Source: an uncultured Erysipelotrichaceae bacterium (GTDB lineage: Bacteria; Bacillota_I; Bacilli_A; RFN20; CAG-826). From it: a stretch of DNA of 64,000 nucleotides. How positions within the stretch are numbered: the stretch's first letter is position 1; the number at the start of each line of letters is the position of its first letter. Below, piece by piece: positions 17,935 through 27,727 of the stretch. The DNA lies in NCBI GenBank assembly GCA_902802355.1, contig CADCLU010000001.1:5533-69532 (forward strand), given 5' to 3'. The notes below the pieces were generated by a model that worked only from the letters and a program-made list of their open reading frames with translations, did not search any database and was not told the DNA's origin. Position numbers and translations under genes: made by a program.

Positions 17935-18290
17935 TCTGTGTGCTCTCCTTTCATGAAAGAGTGAGGTTAATATAGAACACATAAGCCAATTTTCAATAAT
18001 TATTTTATTTCTAATAAAAGGGCGAACTGCTTGAGCACCGCCTTTTTTAAAAAGGCACTTCCCCCACTAATCTAGTTTTTGCTACGATTTGGGGTCTTTT
18101 CCCCCTCTTGTAAGCGGTTACACTCAAAAAACTTCTTAAATTCAGTATTACTGAAGATACCTTTACATTGTTCCAAAAAGCAGTAAAAATTTCTCAATTG
18201 CCCCACGCATATTATGGAAACGCGTGGGCGCGCTTTTCGACTTTGGGGGGTACCATCACAAAGCGAAAATGGGTAATATGTTTGGGACAA

Positions 18291-19901
18291 ATGGCACCTA
18301 AAAGCATCTACGAACAAGTAGCCGAAACCATCAAGAAATACCCGTTCGCAAAAGCGATCGTTTTCGAGAAAAAGAAGTACAATTACCGCCAATTCGGAAG
18401 GGAGATTTTGAAGACTGCCGGAAAGCTCGCCGCCCTTGGCATCAAGCCTCGCGACGTCGTCACCGTCCTTCTCCCGAACTCCCCTGAGAGTGTCTTCATT
18501 TTCTATGGTTTAAGTGCAATCGGCGCCATCTCGTATAACATCCACCCTCTCACCCCTGCCACCACCGTCGCCAAGATGATGAAGAGGGTCAATTCCAAGT
18601 ACCTTATTTCGTTAATAAATACCGCACACGACAATTGGGTTTCGATGCCAAACGACGTCAAAGTCATCGGCGTCAATCCATACGTCGGAATCAGCTTCTT
18701 CAAAGCTTCCTACCTCAACTATCTTGGTAGGAACACTGAGGGTGTTATCAAGTTCTGGAAAGTCAAAGGATTGCCGACAGTTCCTTTATATTCTCCAAAA
18801 GAAGAAAGAGAAGATGCCGTCTATCTAAACACCGGCGGAACGAATGGCGAACCAAAAGTCGTCCGTATCTCAAATGAGTCAATGAACCACGTTGGAAGCA
18901 ACTCCTATCAGCTGATCGGAGGCAAGGTCACCGACATCGGAATCATGACCGCTGTGCCGATGTTCCATGTCCTTGGTTTAGGCATGGCCATCCATGTTCC
19001 TTTCAGCGCAGGCGCAAGCGCTTGCCTTATCCTTAAGTTCAACACCAAAGAGGCCATCAACCAGATGAAGAGAGGCAATGCGAACGTCATTATCGGAGTC
19101 CCTGCCCTCTATAACGCACTCCTCAGTCGTGACAAGTTCTATGGCCCGCATCTCAAAAAGCAGATCGTCGCCTATTTAGGTGGTGATTATTGCCCAATGA
19201 GCCTCATCGAAAGATGGAACGGAGCCATGGAGAAATATGGCTCAAAAGCCAGACTATTCGTGGGTTATGGTTTGACCGAAACCAGCACCGCTTGCAACGT
19301 CAACACCTTTGGTGGGCGTAACAAATACGGTTCAGTCGGAAAACCATTACCAGGCGTTTTGAACAAGATCATTGACCCAGATACTGGAGAGGAACTTCCT
19401 GCTGGAAAATATGGTGAGATCCTCGTCGGAGGACCGTCATTGATGACCGGTTATTTCGATGACGAGAAACTCAATGAGAAAACGTTGTTCAAAGACAAAG
19501 ACGGAAACCAATGGCTCCACACGATGGACTATGGCTGCATGGATGAAGATGGCTACCTCTACTTCAAACAAAGACTTAGGAGAATCGTCAAAGTTAACGC
19601 GGAGACCCTTTGCCCAAGCGATGTCGAGGAAGTCGTCAATTCCCTCCCAGGCATCTATGAGTCATATTGCTATGGCGTACCGAACGCTCGCAAAGGCAAC
19701 ATCTTTAGACTTCTTGCCGTCATCAGAAGAGGCGACCACCCATGGTCCGAAGAAGAAGCCGAGAAAGCCATCAAAGAAGCGGTCAAGAAATCGCTTCCTC
19801 CAGCCTACTTCCCAGACAAGATCATCTTCATGAAGAAGCTTCCAAGAACCCCTTTAGGGAAGATTGATATCTCTTCCATTGAGGGAGCGGAGACTCACTA
19901 A
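18291..19901 (+). CDS. AMP-dependent acyl-CoA/acyl-AMP ligase (FadD-like)
   Basis: AMP-binding motifs YLNTGGTNGEPK, GYGLTET and GEILVGGPSLMTGY, plus C-terminal PRTPLGKI. The start is uncertain: the track ORF begins with TTG at 18168, and homology-style N-termini favour MAPKSIYEQV at 18291. Confidence 0.8.
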   Translation: MAPKSIYEQVAETIKKYPFAKAIVFEKKKYNYRQFGREILKTAGKLAALGIKPRDVVTVLLPNSPESVFIFYGLSAIGAISYNIHPLTPATTVAKMMKRVNSKYLISLINTAHDNWVSMPNDVKVIGVNPYVGISFFKASYLNYLGRNTEGVIKFWKVKGLPTVPLYSPKEEREDAVYLNTGGTNGEPKVVRISNESMNHVGSNSYQLIGGKVTDIGIMTAVPMFHVLGLGMAIHVPFSAGASACLILKFNTKEAINQMKRGNANVIIGVPALYNALLSRDKFYGPHLKKQIVAYLGGDYCPMSLIERWNGAMEKYGSKARLFVGYGLTETSTACNVNTFGGRNKYGSVGKPLPGVLNKIIDPDTGEELPAGKYGEILVGGPSLMTGYFDDEKLNEKTLFKDKDGNQWLHTMDYGCMDEDGYLYFKQRLRRIVKVNAETLCPSDVEEVVNSLPGIYESYCYGVPNARKGNIFRLLAVIRRGDHPWSEEEAEKAIKEAVKKSLPPAYFPDKIIFMKKLPRTPLGKIDISSIEGAETH

Positions 19902-19977
19902 GGCAGGTTTTATCGTCGTTTTTAAAATATTTCACCACTTCACTTTTTAAAGTGATAACCTATAGCACATAGTTTCT

Positions 19978-20844
19978 ATGACTTGGTTTTACGAATTTCT
20001 ACATTGGTTATGCGGCAAGATGGAAGAGCCGCACATGCTCGGATGGTTCCACCTCATGATGGTTGGCATCGTCATCGCGCTCACTATCGTCTATATCGTT
20101 TTGTGGCGTAAAGCCGACGAGAAAACATATAGGAAAGTCATCTTCTGGACCTGGGTCTTCCTTGTATATTTGGAGTTACTCAAGCAACTCACCATCAACT
20201 TCGTCTATAACGAAGCGGACCCATCTTTGTCCACTTTCGATTACTATTGGGACCACTTCCCATTCCAGTTCTGCGCGGTTCCTTTATACACCTACCCTCT
20301 CGTCGCCTTCCTTCCAAACAAAGGAAAGGTTTCGAAATTCATCTGGGAGAGCTGCGTCGGATTCACCGTCTGCTTCATCACAATCGGTGGTCTTGCTACC
20401 CTCATCTATCCTGAGCAAGCCTTGATCGACACCATTGTCATCAATGTCCAAACCCTTCTCTATCATGGCATCATGATCGTTGTTGGTATATTCACCGCAG
20501 TGTGGCTTGGACGCAGGTTTAATCTCAAAATCTTCAGCAAAACCCCTGTGCCTTTCCTTGCCTTCATCGTTGTGGCGATGATTCTCAACATCACTTTCGT
20601 CAAGAGCGGAATCACCGGCGGCGAGACCTTCAACATGTTCTTCATCAGCCCTTACTTCAAATGCACCTTACCAGTCCTATCTGAGATCTATCCTGTCGTT
20701 CCTTATCCAGTATTCCTTCTTCTCTATGTCTTAGGCTTTATTGCCTTGTCATTTGTCTTCTTCGAGATCGTCTACTGGATCTTGTGGGTCATCAGGAAGC
20801 TAGCGCCTCATAAAGAAGCGAGCCTCGCGACAGAACAACAATAA
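19978..20844 (+). CDS. polytopic membrane protein (possibly YwaF/TMEM164-like)
   Basis: 288 aa with about 8 hydrophobic helices. The FPFQFCAVPLY and LLYHGIM motifs are reminiscent of the TIGR02206 family. The family call is tentative. Confidence 0.6.
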   Translation: MTWFYEFLHWLCGKMEEPHMLGWFHLMMVGIVIALTIVYIVLWRKADEKTYRKVIFWTWVFLVYLELLKQLTINFVYNEADPSLSTFDYYWDHFPFQFCAVPLYTYPLVAFLPNKGKVSKFIWESCVGFTVCFITIGGLATLIYPEQALIDTIVINVQTLLYHGIMIVVGIFTAVWLGRRFNLKIFSKTPVPFLAFIVVAMILNITFVKSGITGGETFNMFFISPYFKCTLPVLSEIYPVVPYPVFLLLYVLGFIALSFVFFEIVYWILWVIRKLAPHKEASLATEQQ

Positions 20845-20866
20845 ACGGCTGCGGCCGTTTTTTTAT
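20845..20866 (+). terminator. rho-independent terminator
   Basis: Hairpin acggc-tgcg-gccgt followed by T8. Confidence 0.75.
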
Positions 20867-20926
20867 TACTTTCCTTTAGGAAGAAAAGCCTCAATGATAA
20901 GATATGTGGCTGATAGGAGACTATTT

Positions 20927-22408
20927 ATGGAACACTGTGACGCATATATGAAGATCCTTCCTTATCTCGAGAAGATGAGGAGACTAAGGACCACCACATC
21001 GATTATCTATTACGACCTTGCCTGCGTAGCAGGAAAGGACGCGATCAAAGACGAATCCGAACTTCTTAACCACTGGTTCGCTGAGCTTGCGAAGATCTCG
21101 CAGGACAAAGACTTCATCGCCATCGTCAAGGAAGGCAAAGAAGACAAGAACGCGAATCCTATGGAGAAGCGACTCTTTGAGAACCTCTACAAAGAGATCG
21201 AATTCATGGAGAAGTTCACTCTCGATGAGTATCTCGAATACAGAAACACAATCTCTGATTGCAACGAACAATGGAGAATCTGCCGCCCAAAGAACGATTT
21301 CAAAGGCTGGCTCCCCTACTGGAAGAAACAAGTCGAATCTTCTAGGAAAGTCGCTAGAAAGATGATGAAAGAAGGCCAAACCCCTTATGACACCTGCCTC
21401 GATTCTTATGAGCCAGGGAACAACGAGGCCTTCATCGATTCCATCTTCAACCCTTTGAAGGAAACCCTCATCCCATTACTCAAAAAGGCTAAAGAAAAAC
21501 AAAAATCCTATGCAATTCCCGCTTTAAAGAGCTACGACAAGATCAAACAGAAAGAAATGTCCTTAAGGATGCTTAAAGCCATCCACTACGACATGGATAA
21601 AGGCGCCCTTATGGAATCCGCCCATCCGTTTAGCGACGCTCTTGCGAAAAACGACGCCAGAGTCACCACCAAGTTCCTTCTTGAGGACTGGAGAAGCAAC
21701 GTCTTCACCTGCCTCCATGAAGGCGGCCACGCCCTCGAGTTCCAGAACTGGACCGACGAGATGTTCGAGAACCATGTCGAGAACATGGCCACAAGCGCAA
21801 TCTGCGAAACCCATAGCCGTTTCTTCGAGAACATCATCGGAAGAAGCAAGGCCTTCATGCCAATCCTTCAGAAAGACGCCGCTGAGACTCTTGACCCTGA
21901 ACTTGGCAAGATTCCTGAGGAAGACTTCTACCATCTCATGAATGAGATCCAGCCTTGGTTAATCAGATGCGAAGCCGATGAACTCTCATATTGCCTCCAC
22001 ATCATCATCCGTTACGAGATCGAGAAAGACCTCATCAACGGCAAGATCGAATGTGAGGACGTCCCTGCTATCTGGAAACAGAAATACCACGACTATCTCG
22101 GCGTTGAAGTCACAAGCGACAAAGACGGCTGCATGCAGGACACCCATTGGTCTGAAGCTTTATGGGGCTACTTCCCTTCATACGCGTTAGGAAACCTCTA
22201 TGGCGCGATGATCAAAGAGAAGATTGAGCAAGAGATGGACTTCGAAGGCGCGATCAAAGATAACCGCATCGACAAGATCGTTAAGTGGATGAAAGAGAAG
22301 GACTACTGCTACGACTATCTCAAACCTAACGACTGGATCATGAAGGTCGTCGGTAAGCCATTAAGCGCTGAACCGTATATCAAATACCTCAAAGAAAAGT
22401 TTGAGTAA
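20927..22408 (+). CDS. M32 carboxypeptidase (Taq-type)
   Basis: Family motifs HPFS, DARVTT, HEGGHALEF, IRCEADELSY and GCMQDTHWS are all present. Start chosen at MEHCDAYM (SD aggag 7 nt upstream). Confidence 0.85.
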   Translation: MEHCDAYMKILPYLEKMRRLRTTTSIIYYDLACVAGKDAIKDESELLNHWFAELAKISQDKDFIAIVKEGKEDKNANPMEKRLFENLYKEIEFMEKFTLDEYLEYRNTISDCNEQWRICRPKNDFKGWLPYWKKQVESSRKVARKMMKEGQTPYDTCLDSYEPGNNEAFIDSIFNPLKETLIPLLKKAKEKQKSYAIPALKSYDKIKQKEMSLRMLKAIHYDMDKGALMESAHPFSDALAKNDARVTTKFLLEDWRSNVFTCLHEGGHALEFQNWTDEMFENHVENMATSAICETHSRFFENIIGRSKAFMPILQKDAAETLDPELGKIPEEDFYHLMNEIQPWLIRCEADELSYCLHIIIRYEIEKDLINGKIECEDVPAIWKQKYHDYLGVEVTSDKDGCMQDTHWSEALWGYFPSYALGNLYGAMIKEKIEQEMDFEGAIKDNRIDKIVKWMKEKDYCYDYLKPNDWIMKVVGKPLSAEPYIKYLKEKFE

Positions 22409-22416
22409 AAAGAAAA

Positions 22417-22449
22417 AGGGCTGCGATTTGCAGTCCTTTTTTGTTTTTT
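22417..22449. terminator. bidirectional terminator between the M32 gene and the convergent ABC operon
   Basis: Hairpin gggctgc-gattt-gcagtcc, flanked by an A-run on the left and a T-run on the right. Confidence 0.7.
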
Positions 22450-22451
22450 GC

Positions 22452-23486
22452 TTAACGTTCCTCGCGGAAGTAGTTGACGCCAAGAGAACCTGGCGGCAAG
22501 ACATTTTTCTTTCCTAGTATCGAAGTGAAGATAAGAACAATTATGGTGACGGCGTATGGAAGAATCTTAATGAGTTCCATCTCGACAAAACCGATGCCAG
22601 GAATAACATACGGCAAGGACATAAGGAATCCGAAAATCACCGAACCTACAATAGCAAGCAAAGGGTTCCAAACTGTAAAGATGACAAGAGCAAGAACCAT
22701 CCAGCCTAAGCCTTGGAGCGTAGCACTGTTCTCCCAGGTTCCGCCAACGTGGGACATCGTGTAGAAGAAGCCACCAAACCCGGCAATGGCACACCCAATC
22801 ATCGTTGCAAAATATTTATATTTGTCGGTGTTAATGCCAGCTGCGTCAGCAGTAGCAGGATTCTCGCCGATAGCCCTAACGGACAAACCAATTCTAGTCT
22901 TGTTGAGGACTAAGAAGACAACAATCGCTAATGCGAAGCAAAGATAGACAAATAGGCCATTTCCTAATAACAGCATTCCAGCCTGCCCTAAAGCAGCTTC
23001 ATTGAATGGGAGATGGAAACGGATGATCTTACTTGCGATTGTGAAGAGAGGCTTATTCTCGGTCGTTCTGATAAGGCCCATGATGAAGTCCGCAAAGCCG
23101 GCACCAAAGGTCGTGAGAGCCAAACCTGTGACGTTTTGGTTAGCTTTGAGGGAGGTTGTAAGGAAGGAGAAAAGAAGTCCAGAAAGACCTGCGAAGATAG
23201 TGACGAAGATGATGACGAAGAGCATCAAGAGAATATATGAGACGAGGCTTCCAAACGAGAAGCTAATCGCATCGATGTCGATCGGAAGAACTTTGTAGAT
23301 GGTCTTCATGTAAACAAGCGCACCAACCGCGCCACCAGCAGCGCCGATGCACATGACGCCAGGAATACCAAGATTGAGGTTTCCAGCTTTTTCGTTGATG
23401 GTCTCGCCAATACAGCCAAACAAGAAGATGACGGCAAGAGAAATGGCGTCGATTAAGCCGACTAATACCCAAGAAAAGTCACCCAT
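22452..23486 (-). CDS. ABC permease of the BMP/nucleoside-type importer
   Basis: 344 aa with about 9 TM helices. It is contiguous with the second permease, the tandem-NBD ATPase and the BMP lipoprotein. Confidence 0.8.
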   Translation of the reverse strand: MGDFSWVLVGLIDAISLAVIFLFGCIGETINEKAGNLNLGIPGVMCIGAAGGAVGALVYMKTIYKVLPIDIDAISFSFGSLVSYILLMLFVIIFVTIFAGLSGLLFSFLTTSLKANQNVTGLALTTFGAGFADFIMGLIRTTENKPLFTIASKIIRFHLPFNEAALGQAGMLLLGNGLFVYLCFALAIVVFLVLNKTRIGLSVRAIGENPATADAAGINTDKYKYFATMIGCAIAGFGGFFYTMSHVGGTWENSATLQGLGWMVLALVIFTVWNPLLAIVGSVIFGFLMSLPYVIPGIGFVEMELIKILPYAVTIIVLIFTSILGKKNVLPPGSLGVNYFREER

Positions 23487-23487
23487 T

Positions 23488-24681
23488 TTACTTAACCTCC
23501 TCTTCTTCTACGCCTTCTGTGGCTGGCGGTAGTTTGACCTTATCAACTTTGGAGGTGAAAAGGCTCTTGATGAACTCAGTGATTTTCATTTCCTTTCCGC
23601 CTTTATTGATAAGAAGCTTATATTCGATGAAGAATTCGCATCCGATGATGAAGAAATAGATAAGACCGATGACGAGGTTTGGAGTGGCGTCATTCATGAT
23701 GTTGTTGTCGCTTTGAACCTTGGTCATGCCTCTAGTGATAAAGACGATGAAGAACGACGTAGCAGCCGTAATAATCGGGTTAAACTTCGCAAGCCACACT
23801 GCAATGATAGCGGTGAAACCCATATTGTTACCGGTTGTAGGCATTACGGTGAAGTCAACGCCACTGGCAAGTAAGCATCCAATAAAACCGCATATGGCAC
23901 CAGAAACAACGATGGTTCTTATAATGACTTTCTTGACGTTGATGCCAACGTAACGGGCGGTATTCATGGATTCACCAACGACGCTGAGTTCGTAACCATG
24001 CTTGCTAAACTTGAGATAATAAACCATAAAGGCGAGCAAGACGAGGACAATCAAGATAATGAGCAAGCTGTCATTAAAAAGCGTTGGGAAATTTGCATTA
24101 TTAAGTCTTGGAATGATGTGTGATCCGATTGGATACTTGAACATGATGAAGGCATTAACAAGACCAACGGAAACATAGTTCATCATGAGGGTGAAAAGCG
24201 ATTCATTGGTATTGAAAAGAGCTTTGAAGATGGCTGGGATAGCGGCCCAGACGGCACCAGCAAGGATCGAGGATGGAATCATGATGAGGAGAACCACCGC
24301 ATCAGGAAGTTTACCGCCAAGATCAATCATCAGGATTGCAGACACCAATGCGCCAACGATGATTTGACCGTTACCTCCAAGGTTCCAGAATTTCATTTTG
24401 AAGGACGGGATGAGGGCGAGACCTACACCAAGGAGAAGGGCGCCATCACGAAAGAAGTCCCAAAACCTTTTTGGAGTGCCAAAAGAACCAATAAACATCT
24501 GACCAACCGCGGCGAACGGGTTAACTCCATAAGAGATGGTCAAGATAAGAAGAGCGATGAAAAGAGCGACGACGATAAAACCGAATCTGATCAAAAGGGA
24601 CTGCCAAAGAGGCATATCAAAACGTTTTTCAACGTGGAAGAGCTTGTTCTTTTCTTTTTTTGCTGTCATTTTCTCAGGCAT
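23488..24681 (-). CDS. ABC permease of the BMP/nucleoside-type importer
   Basis: 397 aa and polytopic. It overlaps the ATPase stop by 8 nt. Confidence 0.8.
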   Translation of the reverse strand: MPEKMTAKKEKNKLFHVEKRFDMPLWQSLLIRFGFIVVALFIALLILTISYGVNPFAAVGQMFIGSFGTPKRFWDFFRDGALLLGVGLALIPSFKMKFWNLGGNGQIIVGALVSAILMIDLGGKLPDAVVLLIMIPSSILAGAVWAAIPAIFKALFNTNESLFTLMMNYVSVGLVNAFIMFKYPIGSHIIPRLNNANFPTLFNDSLLIILIVLVLLAFMVYYLKFSKHGYELSVVGESMNTARYVGINVKKVIIRTIVVSGAICGFIGCLLASGVDFTVMPTTGNNMGFTAIIAVWLAKFNPIITAATSFFIVFITRGMTKVQSDNNIMNDATPNLVIGLIYFFIIGCEFFIEYKLLINKGGKEMKITEFIKSLFTSKVDKVKLPPATEGVEEEEVK

Positions 24682-26395
24682 TCTCTTTTACCTCCTCTTC
24701 TTTTTCAGTACTCGTCATAAGCAAACCAACTTCTTCTTTGGTTGTCGTTCTGGCATCGACGATACCGGTGACTTGACCTTGGCACATGACGAGGATGCGG
24801 TCACAGAGAGCGAGAAGAACGTCAAGGTCTTCGCCAACGAAGATAACGGCGCTCCCCTCCTCCTTCTCTTTGTTGAGGAGGTTATAGATGAGGTAAGAGG
24901 AATTGATATCGAGTCCGCGGACCGGATAAGCGGCCATAAGGACTTTTGGGGAAGAGGCGATTTCTCTTCCGACGAGGACTTTCTGGACGTTTCCGCCAGA
25001 TAGTTTTCTAACTGGTGTATGAATGTTTGGGGTGACGACATCAAGCTCTTTGACGATCTCATCGGCAAGCGCTTCAGGTTTCTTTCTGTTGAGCTTTGAG
25101 CCTTTGCCTTTGCGGTAGCTACGAAGCATCATGTTGTCGACAAGGTCCATGTTTCCGACAAGGCCCATGCCAAGACGATCCTCAGGGACGAAAGAAAGAC
25201 GAACGCCGAGTTCGCGGATCTTGCGTGGGTTGAGGTTCCTAAGGTTATAAACCTCATCTTCGTTGAATAAGACTTTCTCGCTGTTGACGAGATCTTTGAT
25301 TTTCTTTGGGCTCATGCCATCGAAGGAGACAGGAGTTCCGTCTTCGTAGTGGAACGCTCCATTCTTGGCCATATTCACGACCTGAGCGTATGTTTTGTGG
25401 AAGAAAGAGACTGGAAGGTTCTTCTTTGGGCGGTTGAAGATGACGTTGCCTCTATAGCCTGGTTTGAGACCGGCAATGGCCTCAAGAAGCTCACGCTGAC
25501 CACTGCCAGCGATACCGGCGATGCCAAGAATCTCACCTGAACGGGCGATGAAGCTCACATCATTGACGACTTTGGTACCATCCATGTTACGAAGATTCAA
25601 ATGTTCGACAAGAAGACGGTCTTGAACGTTAACTGGTTCGGTACGGTCAATATTAAGGGTGGTCTTTTTGCCAACCATCATTTCAGTGAGCTTGTTCTCA
25701 TTTGTCTCGCTTGTTTTGACGGTGTCGATATATTGGCCTTTGCGGAGGATGGCGACTCTATCGGAGATCTCCATAACCTCGTTGAGTTTGTGGGTGATGA
25801 TAATAATGGTCTTTCCGTCTTTTCTCATGTTCTTTAGAACAGTGAAAAGGTTTCTGATCTCAAGAGGCGTGAGAACGGCGGTTGGCTCATCAAGAATGAG
25901 AATCTCAGCGTCTCTGTAAAGGACTTTGATGATCTCGAGGGTTTGTTTCTCAGAAACGGAGAGCTCATAGACCTTTTTGGCAAGGTTGAGTTCGAAGCCG
26001 TACTTGTTGCAGATTTCATTAACTGCGACAGCGGCTTTTCTCATATCGGCCTTTTCTTTATCCTTGATACCGAGAACGATGTTCTCAAGGCAAGAGAAAA
26101 CGTCGATGAGTTTGAAGTGTTGATGGACCATGCCGATCTTAAGCCTGAAAGCATCCATCGGCGAAGCGATCGTTACCTTTTCCCCATTGACATAGATTTG
26201 TCCTTCATCAGGGAAATAGATGCCAGAAAGCATGTTCATGAGAGTGGTCTTGCCACTGCCATTCTCACCTAAAAGGGAAAGGATCTCGCCTTTGTAGACG
26301 TCAAAGGTGATGTCTTCGTTGGCGATGACAGATCCGAAGGTTTTGGTGATGTTTTCGAATCTTACGCTAATCTCTTTTTCAACGGTCTTTTTCAT
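24674..26395 (-). CDS. ABC ATPase with two fused NBDs (BMP/nucleoside-type importer)
   Basis: NBD1 has GENGSGKTT, LSVSEKQTLEI and LILDEPT. NBD2 has GIAGSGQRE, LSGGNVQK and a degenerate Walker B. An extra ~60 aa lie between the NBD2 Walker A and Q-loop. Confidence 0.85.
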   Translation of the reverse strand: MKKTVEKEISVRFENITKTFGSVIANEDITFDVYKGEILSLLGENGSGKTTLMNMLSGIYFPDEGQIYVNGEKVTIASPMDAFRLKIGMVHQHFKLIDVFSCLENIVLGIKDKEKADMRKAAVAVNEICNKYGFELNLAKKVYELSVSEKQTLEIIKVLYRDAEILILDEPTAVLTPLEIRNLFTVLKNMRKDGKTIIIITHKLNEVMEISDRVAILRKGQYIDTVKTSETNENKLTEMMVGKKTTLNIDRTEPVNVQDRLLVEHLNLRNMDGTKVVNDVSFIARSGEILGIAGIAGSGQRELLEAIAGLKPGYRGNVIFNRPKKNLPVSFFHKTYAQVVNMAKNGAFHYEDGTPVSFDGMSPKKIKDLVNSEKVLFNEDEVYNLRNLNPRKIRELGVRLSFVPEDRLGMGLVGNMDLVDNMMLRSYRKGKGSKLNRKKPEALADEIVKELDVVTPNIHTPVRKLSGGNVQKVLVGREIASSPKVLMAAYPVRGLDINSSYLIYNLLNKEKEEGSAVIFVGEDLDVLLALCDRILVMCQGQVTGIVDARTTTKEEVGLLMTSTEKEEEVKENA

Positions 26396-26424
26396 GTAAC
26401 TATTATGCCCTATAAATTAGAAAT

Positions 26425-26451
26425 TCCCAAGGGCTTTTAAGGCCCTTGGGA
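26425..26451 (-). terminator. intercistronic stem-loop after the BMP lipoprotein gene
   Basis: Perfect 10-bp stem tcccaagggc/gcccttggga with a 7-nt loop, followed on the minus strand by atttctaattt. Confidence 0.6.
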
Positions 26452-26487
26452 CTAGTTTCGACTTATGACTAAATCCTAGAGAGGAAA

Positions 26488-27717
26488 TTAGGCAATGGAG
26501 ATGCCATCGATGATGATGTCGAAGTATGGAGCGGAACGCTTCTCGGATTCAGCGAAGTAGGTCTTGCCGCCTTCGGTCTTGATGGCTTCGGTGTCACCAG
26601 TGTAGGCTTTATCGAAATCGACATCGGCGAGGTAGCCAGTGAGGTGGCCATCGGCGTCCATGGTGATGTAGGAAGCTTTGCTGAAGTCAGAGGTGTCAGC
26701 TTTGGCGTTGTTAACGGTGAAGGTGCTGCAATCGAAGACTTTGATTTCTCCGGATTTGAGCTTGGCTTTCACTTCGTCAAGCTTGGCCTGGGTGCCAGCG
26801 GCTGGGGCCTTCTTGCCAAGTTCGGTGATCTGGACGGATTCGGTAGCAATGGTGCCGGTCCAGTCAGTGTCGATGGACTTGCCTTCTTTGACGGCATCAA
26901 TGCACATCTCGAAGTATGGCTGCCAGTTAATCTTGGAAGAGATAACGAAGGTGTTTGGGCACTGGGATTCAGTTGAACCATTGTAGGAGATGTTTGGAAC
27001 GTTCTTGGCTTCGCAAGCGGTTGGAGCACCCCAGGAGTCGGCGTGCTGGGAGATGATGGAGCAGCCGCCGTCGATAAGGGCGTTGGCAGCGGTTCTTTCA
27101 GCGGTCTCGTCATACCATGAGTTGGTGTAACGGACTTCCATGGTGACATCGGAAACGATGGACTTGACACCAAGGTAGTAGGAGGTGAAGCCAGAGATGA
27201 CTTCGGCGTATGGGAAGGCACCGACGTAGCCGATCTTCTTGGAGGTGGAGGCATCAGCGGTGATCATTTCCTGGAGCTTCATGCCAGCAGCAACACCAGC
27301 GAGGTAGCGGCCTTCATAGATGGAAGCGAAGGCATCGTGGAAGTTGGCCTGTTTGGCAGTGTGGGCCTGGTTGCCGGTAGCGTGGCAGAACTGGACGTTA
27401 GCGGCTTTTTCAGCGGATTTAAGAAGGTATTCTTCGTGGCCGAAGGAATCGGCGAAGATTAATTTAGCGCCATCGTCGACCATGTTGTCGGCGGCAGTGG
27501 TGCAAGCGGCGCCTTCGTCGACGCCGGTCTGGACTTTGCCATCAACGCCTTTGGCGTCGCAGGCAGCTTTGAAAGCGTCGATGAAGTTCTTGTCATAGGT
27601 GGAATCTTCACCGTGAAGAGTTAAAAGACCGACTTTCATCTTCTCGGTGTTGCCGGTGCAGCTGGCAAGACCAGCAATGGCAAGCATGGCGGTGAGTGCT
27701 AAGAGTTGTTTTTTCAT
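26488..27717 (-). CDS. BMP-family (PnrA/TmpC-like) substrate-binding lipoprotein
   Basis: Lipobox IAGLASC. BMP-like blocks KVGLLTLHG, GYVGAFPYAEV and SQHADSW. It is the first gene after a purine riboswitch. Confidence 0.85.
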   Translation of the reverse strand: MKKQLLALTAMLAIAGLASCTGNTEKMKVGLLTLHGEDSTYDKNFIDAFKAACDAKGVDGKVQTGVDEGAACTTAADNMVDDGAKLIFADSFGHEEYLLKSAEKAANVQFCHATGNQAHTAKQANFHDAFASIYEGRYLAGVAAGMKLQEMITADASTSKKIGYVGAFPYAEVISGFTSYYLGVKSIVSDVTMEVRYTNSWYDETAERTAANALIDGGCSIISQHADSWGAPTACEAKNVPNISYNGSTESQCPNTFVISSKINWQPYFEMCIDAVKEGKSIDTDWTGTIATESVQITELGKKAPAAGTQAKLDEVKAKLKSGEIKVFDCSTFTVNNAKADTSDFSKASYITMDADGHLTGYLADVDFDKAYTGDTEAIKTEGGKTYFAESEKRSAPYFDIIIDGISIA

Positions 27718-27727
27718 GTTTCTTTCT

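Noticed and set aside
18021-18056. A near-palindrome gccttttttaaaaaggc, and a GGCG…CGCC-U6 element, as a possible terminator.
   Set aside because: The stem is only 4 G-C pairs or is A-U only. There is also no upstream plus-strand gene to terminate.
17935-18290. N-terminal extensions suggested by the longest-ORF track. Examples: 17982 for the lipoprotein, 18168 for the ligase, 15978 for oppA, 44453 for miaB, 59480 for parB, 60177 for parA, 56968 for cmk, 35985 for csp, 57329 for the ferredoxin, 51858 for recU, 40845 for the ABC gene and 20894 for the M32 gene.
   Set aside because: In each case an internal start codon is preceded by a good GGAGG-type SD at 6-9 nt. It also matches the usual N-terminus of the family or the start of the signal peptide. 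The extensions overlap upstream genes or terminators, and several begin with TTG.
18072-18392. A 106-aa minus-strand ORF in the opp/ligase divergent region.
   Set aside because: It overlaps the ligase 5' end in antisense, has a Cys/Phe-rich odd composition and has no SD.
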